A stretch of DNA of 32,000 bases, taken from the NCBI RefSeq assembly GCF_040372045.1, contig NZ_BAABWH010000005.1, one strand, 5' to 3'. The stretch comes from Thalassolituus maritimus. Lineage in GTDB: Bacteria > Pseudomonadota > Gammaproteobacteria > Pseudomonadales > Oceanobacteraceae. The notes beneath the pieces are model-generated. The model saw only the letters and a program-made list of their open reading frames with translations, made no database searches and was not told the DNA's origin. Positions 26,443 to 32,000 of this stretch are shown in pieces. The position numbers and the translations under genes are program-made. The stretch's first letter is position 1. Every line of letters begins with the position of its first letter.

Positions 26443-26467
26443 AAAAAGGGAGCTATGCTCCCTTTTT
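26443..26467 (+). terminator. Rho-independent terminator after sodB
   Basis: AAAAAGGGAGC-tat-GCTCCCTTTTT followed by a further T. Confidence 0.9.
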
Positions 26468-26492
26468 TGTTTTTACGATCAGGTAACCCACC

Positions 26493-27086
26493 ATGTCTTT
26501 TTCACTGCTACTGGCGTCGAGTTCACCCTATCGGGCCGAGATTCTCGCAAAACTCCGTATTCCTTTTACGCAGGCGGCTCCAGACGTCGATGAAACACCC
26601 CGTACCAATGAAGCACCGTCAGACTACGTACTAAGACTTTCAGTCGAAAAAGCGAGAGCACTCCGGGCACAACATCCAGAGCACTGGATCATAGGCAGTG
26701 ATCAAACCTGTGTCGTGGACGGCAAGCCCGTCGGTAAGGCGGGGCAATCGGACAAGGCCGTCGCACAACTCAAACAGGTTCAGGGGCGAAAGATTACTTT
26801 CCTCACAGGCCTGTGCCTGCTATCACCACAAGGAAGGGAATACACGTTGGTCGAACCCTTTGAAGTGCACTTCCACGACCTGCCTGAAAATGTACTGGAG
26901 CGATACGTTGAAATCGAGAAACCCCTAGACTGTGCAGGTAGCTTTAAAGTGGAGGGCTTGGGTATCACGCTATTTTCCGCACTAGGCGGGCGCGATACAA
27001 ATTCACTTGTGGGACTGCCGCTGATTGGACTATGCGAACTGATGCGCGAGGCAGGACTTGAGCCACTGACATTGGCGGAAGCGTAG
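26493..27086 (+). CDS. yceF: Maf-family nucleotide pyrophosphatase (YceF, m7GTP pyrophosphatase type)
   Basis: 197 aa; 'LLLASSSPYRAEILAKLRIPFTQAAPDVDETPR', 'WIIGSDQTCVVDGKPVGKAG', 'GSFKVEGLGITLFSALGGRDTNSLVGLPLIGLCELM'. Confidence 0.93.
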   Translation: MSFSLLLASSSPYRAEILAKLRIPFTQAAPDVDETPRTNEAPSDYVLRLSVEKARALRAQHPEHWIIGSDQTCVVDGKPVGKAGQSDKAVAQLKQVQGRKITFLTGLCLLSPQGREYTLVEPFEVHFHDLPENVLERYVEIEKPLDCAGSFKVEGLGITLFSALGGRDTNSLVGLPLIGLCELMREAGLEPLTLAEA

Positions 27087-27127
27087 CCTCCGCCAACAGG
27101 CCCTTCTCAAGAGGTCTTTATTCCTCT

Positions 27128-29026
27128 TTATTTCTGAACAGGCAGTCCCTGGAACAGGCGTTCAAGCTGCATATCAGCTTCATCAACACCCAACTCTTCC
27201 GACACTGTAAACTCCCAGATGCCGTTGAATTTATCACGGGTCAGCGTCTTGGCTTTACCACCGTCATCGACAATGGTCGGGCGCAAGAACACCATCAGAT
27301 TACTCTTCACCTGATTAACGCTCTTAGAGCGGAACAACCAACCCAGTAATGGAATATCACCCAACAGAGGTACCTTGCTCACCACTTCACGAACGTCGTC
27401 ACGGATCAGACCACCCAACACGATCGTCTCACCGTCCTCAGACAGAATCATGGTTTTAATAGAGCGCTTGTTGGTAATCAGGTCAGCACTGCCAGCAACG
27501 GTAGTATTGGATACAGATTCCGCTGTCGCTTCCACTTCCAGTCGGATCGCCTCACCGTCGTGAATGTGAGGAATCACTTTCAACGTAACACCCACGTCCT
27601 GTCGATCAATTGTGGTGAATGGGTTTGTGTTGGTACTGGATGCTGTTTGCCCGGTCACGAAGGGAACATTCTGACCCACAACAATCTCAGCTTCCTGGTT
27701 GTCCAGCGTCATGATGCTCGGAGTCGACAACAGGTTGGTCGACGAATTACTTTTCAGAGCCTGAATAATGACACCGAAATCGATATCGCCACCAGACTCT
27801 TTAAACCCACCAATGGTCAGACCCGAGCCTACCGCGTTGGCGTAAGTTGATGGCCCGCCCGCCACTGCACCGGCAATGGTCGCAAGGTCTGGTCCGGCAT
27901 TGTTAAAGCTGGTTCCGGCAACAGGGGAGTCCAGATCACCACGAACCCACTGCACACCCAGTGCATCGCTGGTGTCGCCTGTCACTTCGATAATTGCCGA
28001 TTCAATCAGTACTTGCGCGCGACGTACATCGAGTGAATTAACCAGTTCCTGTACTTCTTTAAGGATAGAAGGCTCAGCACGCACAACGAGCGCATTCAGC
28101 TCTTCATCCGCGTGAATACCAACCTCGCCTTTCACCTTGGCTTCTTCGCCCGAACCCGTGCTGCTACCCATCAGGTTCTTCAACATCTCAGCCAGCTTGG
28201 TGGCATCGGCGTATTGCAGACGAATAACCTGAGCACTGCCGCTGAAATATGAAGGCTGGTCGAGCTGTTCGATCAGACCGCGGATACGCTCACGCGCCGT
28301 TTTCTCACCCTTGATGATAAGACGATTGCTACGCTCGTCTGCCACAACACGGATACTGCCAGCGGTGTTGTTATTGTCCGTATTTCCCTGAGAGACCTTC
28401 GATGGATCGAGGCTCTGCAACATGGTCACAACGTTGCCCACCCAGGCTTCTTTAAGCTGAATAACTTCAAGCTCTTCAGATCCTGAACGGTCAAGGCGGT
28501 CTATGATTTCCTCGATACGATTAATATTGATCGCGTGATCAGAAATAATCAGCGCGTTGGCCGATTTCACACCGGCCAGATGACCGTATTTCGCCACCAG
28601 AGGGCGAAGGATCGGCACCAGATCCAGCGCAGGCGTGTTCTTGATCATAATGACCTTAGTCAGCAACTCCTGACTGTCGACACCCGCTCGCTCTTCAAGG
28701 CTACGACCCGCTTGCTTCACATCGTTCTGCTGGATAATCAGCGTCACATCACCGGCGGGAACCGCCGCAAGACCATGAATCTGCAATACCGACAGGAAAA
28801 GTTCATAGACACCTTCCTGATTCATCGGCTCACTGGAGAGCACGCTGACCTTGCCTTTCACACGCGGATCAAGGACAAAACTTTTCCCTGTAATATCGGC
28901 AACCTGACTGATAAACGCTTCTATGTCCGCGTCCTTCAGATTGATCTGCCAGCTTTCATTCGCTTGCAGTGGCATCGCCATGCTTGCCATCAATAACATG
29001 GCCATCAGCCAACGTCTGAGCAACAT
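27128..29026 (-). CDS. gspD: Type II secretion system secretin GspD
   Basis: 632 aa; signal peptide; N0/N-domain 'INLKDADIEAFISQVADITGKSFVLDPRVKGKVSVLS', secretin domain 'VPLLGDIPLLGWLFRSKSVNQVKSNLMVFLRPTIV'. Confidence 0.97.
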   Translation of the reverse strand: MLLRRWLMAMLLMASMAMPLQANESWQINLKDADIEAFISQVADITGKSFVLDPRVKGKVSVLSSEPMNQEGVYELFLSVLQIHGLAAVPAGDVTLIIQQNDVKQAGRSLEERAGVDSQELLTKVIMIKNTPALDLVPILRPLVAKYGHLAGVKSANALIISDHAININRIEEIIDRLDRSGSEELEVIQLKEAWVGNVVTMLQSLDPSKVSQGNTDNNNTAGSIRVVADERSNRLIIKGEKTARERIRGLIEQLDQPSYFSGSAQVIRLQYADATKLAEMLKNLMGSSTGSGEEAKVKGEVGIHADEELNALVVRAEPSILKEVQELVNSLDVRRAQVLIESAIIEVTGDTSDALGVQWVRGDLDSPVAGTSFNNAGPDLATIAGAVAGGPSTYANAVGSGLTIGGFKESGGDIDFGVIIQALKSNSSTNLLSTPSIMTLDNQEAEIVVGQNVPFVTGQTASSTNTNPFTTIDRQDVGVTLKVIPHIHDGEAIRLEVEATAESVSNTTVAGSADLITNKRSIKTMILSEDGETIVLGGLIRDDVREVVSKVPLLGDIPLLGWLFRSKSVNQVKSNLMVFLRPTIVDDGGKAKTLTRDKFNGIWEFTVSEELGVDEADMQLERLFQGLPVQK

Positions 29027-29919
29027 CAGTTCCGAGCTCCAAAACTCTGATTAATCATAAAACGGCTATTGCCGCGCTGTACTTCTATCTGGGCGCGACC
29101 TTCCTGCATCACCTGATCAAGCAACGCCTGATCGGAAGACGCATCCCCCAATTGCTGTCCGTTTATCGACAGCAACACATCACCGGGTTTCATCCCAGCT
29201 TTCAATAATATAGAACTGCCTTCAACGCGATATCCCTCACCAACGCCAACGGACTCCAATCCAAGTCCATCAATCACCACCTCCGGTGACTGACTGGCTG
29301 CTTCGCTGGCAATCCCCATGAAATCAGAGGGTCGACGTATCCGGCTAAATCTGTCACGCAGTTCCGTGACACGTTCTTCACGGACTTCACGATCTGTGGG
29401 CGCCGGAGCCTGAGCAGAGACGCCCACGCCGCGGTTAGAAAACTCTTCAAACTTAAGTGTCTCAAGCTTACCCGCGGTATCAAGGATCACTTTATCGGGG
29501 TACACACCAGCGAGCTTAGTACGGCCCTGAACCACGTCCCCGACACGGTAAAAATCACCTTTACCGCCCTTCTGCGCAATAATGGCACTGGACATCTCAG
29601 CCACACTCGATTGCATAACTCCAAGCAGCTCGAGGCGTAGACGCGTATCAGGCGCATCCACTTCCTGCACAGCCACCACAGGCTCAGCACCCACCTCACC
29701 AAACAAATGATACTGAGCGGTACTGACTTGCGGCGCCGCCTGAGAGGCCGACTTACCAGCAACAGGTGCTTTCAGGGTGATGGGCTCAGGCGCCAGGACC
29801 ATCCAGAAAATCGTCGCCAGAAGCCACGCAGTAAGCAAAGTCAGACTGACGTAGGCGAGACGCTTGACCCATTTCTGCCAGGGGGCGAGTTCAACAGCTT
29901 GATTCACTACTGCGACCAT
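29026..29919 (-). CDS. gspC: Type II secretion system protein GspC
   Basis: 297 aa; N-terminal TM, HR domain 'LRLELLGVMQSSVAEMSSAIIAQKGGKGDFYRVGDVVQGRTKLAGVYPDKVIL', C-terminal PDZ 'GYRVEGSSILLKAGMKPGDVLLSINGQQL'. TGATG overlap with gspD. Confidence 0.93.
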   Translation of the reverse strand: MVAVVNQAVELAPWQKWVKRLAYVSLTLLTAWLLATIFWMVLAPEPITLKAPVAGKSASQAAPQVSTAQYHLFGEVGAEPVVAVQEVDAPDTRLRLELLGVMQSSVAEMSSAIIAQKGGKGDFYRVGDVVQGRTKLAGVYPDKVILDTAGKLETLKFEEFSNRGVGVSAQAPAPTDREVREERVTELRDRFSRIRRPSDFMGIASEAASQSPEVVIDGLGLESVGVGEGYRVEGSSILLKAGMKPGDVLLSINGQQLGDASSDQALLDQVMQEGRAQIEVQRGNSRFMINQSFGARN

Positions 29920-29939
29920 TATTAATCAAAGCGCTCAGG

Positions 29940-30719
29940 TTATAGAAACTTCTGCGACACTTCAAAAATTACCGTGTCGGGTTCCGCTTGTTTATCAGGC
30001 CAGCTCTGTCCTGCAATATCCACAGCACGACGCAATACCGTCATGCCCCCCCAACCATCAGGCTGCATAAACAACTGCCCTAACGGATCGCCCTCTGCGG
30101 TTGCCACAGGGACAACCAGCTTGTCACCTTCCATCATCAGATTGGCGACCAGCATCGGTAATTCGGTATCAACAGACTGGCGCTCAACCCGGGCACGGAG
30201 CTGACCACCGGAATAAACCAGCTGACCAGTAGCGTCGCTGACTTTACGATTGGCGATATCAATATTGGCATTCAGGCGACTGAGCTCGAAGTCGCCCTCG
30301 AGAGTTGCGCGCGCCTGAATTAAAAGAGGCATCAGAGCAGCACTGTTCACATAGCCAGAGACATCCGTCAGTTGCAGCTGATCAGGCAGACCGGAAAATA
30401 AGCCGTTGGCGTGCGCCTGACCCTCGAAGCGCACATTGTCGCCAGTGGCCTTAAGCTCAAGATCCGCCGCGCCCGTCATTAATGACCACGGGCTAAGCTG
30501 CCATTCGGTCGCCACGATGCCTGCCTGAGGAATACCGAGATTGACCCACCCCTGCCAGACAGTCCCTGCTGGATTTTCAATACGCACAGGTAAGCTACGT
30601 GCATGTGGCTCGGCGTATTTCCAGAGAAAATGAATCGGAGTGGTGGCAACCACTATCAGAGTAAAGGCCAGCAGACCAAGCAGGATGTACCACTTAGCTG
30701 ACCACACGGCACGCAGCAT
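29940..30719 (-). CDS. gspN: Type II secretion system protein GspN
   Basis: 259 aa; 'IHFLWKYAEPHARSLPVRIENPAGTVWQGWVNLG', 'WQLSPWSLMTGAADLELKATGDNVRFEGQA', and adjacency to gspC/gspD. Confidence 0.9.
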   Translation of the reverse strand: MLRAVWSAKWYILLGLLAFTLIVVATTPIHFLWKYAEPHARSLPVRIENPAGTVWQGWVNLGIPQAGIVATEWQLSPWSLMTGAADLELKATGDNVRFEGQAHANGLFSGLPDQLQLTDVSGYVNSAALMPLLIQARATLEGDFELSRLNANIDIANRKVSDATGQLVYSGGQLRARVERQSVDTELPMLVANLMMEGDKLVVPVATAEGDPLGQLFMQPDGWGGMTVLRRAVDIAGQSWPDKQAEPDTVIFEVSQKFL

Positions 30720-30854
30720 AATTTTTATATCTTTCCTTAGTTAGGCTGGACATTCTATCAGTCGGCGGGACAAATTTAACCTGAGATTACTCTGTTGGCG
30801 TAAATAATAGTCAATCAACGCGAATACGACGGAGGCAGTCAGGTTAGCACCGCA

Positions 30855-31196
30855 TTATGACAACGAAATAACAACCCGGGACAACCCTAATTCCAGCGCC
30901 AGAGCAGTATCACCGTCGGCGAGTCGTAGTTTTTGGGTACGGGTAAGCTTCTTAACGCGAAGCTCTGCCCGAAGCGCGTCGCCGTGTGTCCCCACTTTCG
31001 CAGCATAGCGCAGAGTAAGTGGTCCCTTACCGCGCAGGGATCGCGCAGTCTTGCTCTTGTTAGCCGCATGCTCATGAAATCGTCTTGCAACATCAAGGGT
31101 GATACCGCAATAGAGCTGACCCGATGCCGTTTCAATCAAGTAGAGATACCAACAGGTCTGCGGCTCAACAGCCACAGTGTTATTTTCTTCAGTCAT
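30855..31196 (-). CDS. GIY-YIG nuclease-domain protein (YhbQ-like)
   Basis: 113 aa; 'CWYLYLIETASGQLYCGITLDVARRFHEHAANKSKTARSLRGKGPLTLRYAAKVGTHGDALRAELRVKKLTRTQKLRL'. Confidence 0.93.
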   Translation of the reverse strand: MTEENNTVAVEPQTCWYLYLIETASGQLYCGITLDVARRFHEHAANKSKTARSLRGKGPLTLRYAAKVGTHGDALRAELRVKKLTRTQKLRLADGDTALALELGLSRVVISLS

Positions 31197-31265
31197 GTTT
31201 GCAGTATGCCAGCTTTACCGTATCGTGTGGCTTTTGCGGTCTTCTCTGCTTTTTAGCATAGGGTT

Positions 31266-31940
31266 TTGAGTATGCATTCTGTTTTCCGCGATCCCATCAG
31301 CGGTCTCTCTCACTTGCTGGGCGCTCTGTTTGCCATTGTCGCCCTGTGCATCCTGATGGTTCGCGCCGCGACCTATGGCTCCACACTTCATATCGTCGCA
31401 TTCGCTGTTTTTGGTACCACTTTACTGATGATGTTTGCCAGTAGCGCGCTCTACCACCTGGTGCACGCACCTGCGCATGTCATTCTATGGCTGAAGCGTA
31501 TCGATCACATGGCGATATTCATGCTGATCGCAGGCACTTATACACCCTTTTGCCTCATCCCACTGGCTGGCGATACTGGATTAGGGTTATTGATCGCTGT
31601 GTGGGGGCTCGCCGTGGCAGGAATCGGGTTAAAACTTTTCTGGATTACGGCCCCGCGCTGGCTGTCGACGGTTGTGTACGTTGCTATGGGCTGGCTGGTT
31701 GTATTCGCCTATGAGCCAGCCATGGAGCGCGTCCCCGAAGGCGCTTTACTGTGGTTACTATACGGCGGCATCGCTTACTCGATCGGCGCAGTTGTATACG
31801 CACTGCGCTGGCCCGATCCCTGGCCCCGCTGGGTAGGGTTCCACGAAATATGGCATGTCTTCGTGATGGCCGGTGCGTTCTGCCATTTCTGGGCAGTCGC
31901 GTTCCATTTACCTCAGGTTGTTGTTGGAGCAAACCCATGA
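31266..31940 (+). CDS. trhA: Hemolysin III / TrhA (YqfA) PAQR-family membrane protein
   Basis: 224 aa, seven hydrophobic segments; 'ISGLSHLLGALFAIVAL', 'SALYHL', 'LKRIDHMAIFMLIAGTYTPFCL', 'FHEIWHVFVMAGAFCHFWAVAFHL'. Confidence 0.94.
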   Translation: MSMHSVFRDPISGLSHLLGALFAIVALCILMVRAATYGSTLHIVAFAVFGTTLLMMFASSALYHLVHAPAHVILWLKRIDHMAIFMLIAGTYTPFCLIPLAGDTGLGLLIAVWGLAVAGIGLKLFWITAPRWLSTVVYVAMGWLVVFAYEPAMERVPEGALLWLLYGGIAYSIGAVVYALRWPDPWPRWVGFHEIWHVFVMAGAFCHFWAVAFHLPQVVVGANP

Positions 31941-32000
31941 ATGAGGGACTGTACATTAACCACCGGATCACACTGCCTTGGGCAGAGATCAATCTGAAAG
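31937..32000 (+). CDS. Start of a CDS overlapping the trhA stop (partial, runs off the right edge); possibly an ArfB/YaeJ-type release-factor-like protein
   Basis: ATGA overlap; MNEGLYINHRITLPWAEINLK... Only 21 codons are visible, and the N-terminal 'I...I.LP..EI.L' resembles ArfB N-termini only weakly. Confidence 0.35.
   Translation, partial: MNEGLYINHRITLPWAEINLK

Overview
The window looks like a chromosomal stretch from a gammaproteobacterium of Oceanospirillales/Alteromonadales type (inferred from gene content). It has about 27 supportable protein-coding genes and no rRNA, tRNA, CRISPR array or transposase that I could recognise. Left to right: (i) an exported phage-tail-collar-like protein, partial at the left edge; (ii) a minus-strand envelope cluster of a large lipobox-containing lipase/esterase plus DUF1302-like and DUF1329-like proteins; (iii) acetyl-CoA acetyltransferase; (iv) PurU; (v) an exported hypothetical; (vi) a CBS-domain protein and PpnN/YgdH; (vii) a lipoprotein-type alkaline phosphatase; (viii) a compact five-gene minus-strand cluster, 19454 to 14247, described below; (ix) PhhB, class I fumarase, and a lipoprotein; (x) a tandem pair of small exported paralogs; (xi) an acyl-CoA-dehydrogenase-like protein and a coiled-coil membrane protein; (xii) SodB and Maf/YceF; (xiii) T2SS gspN-gspC-gspD; (xiv) a GIY-YIG protein and a hemolysin III/PAQR protein. 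The standout candidate system is the 14247-19454 cluster. In transcription order it encodes an outer-membrane protein with a CsgG/FlgO-like N-terminal region, a TPR lipoprotein, a single polypeptide that appears to fuse a FliF-like periplasmic ring/TM segment to a FliG-like rotor module, a MotA/PomA-like stator and a MotB/OmpA-like stator. No other flagellar genes are in the window. This looks like a non-flagellar, envelope-spanning ion-driven (possibly rotary) machine. All homology calls come from reading motifs by eye; no database search was run.
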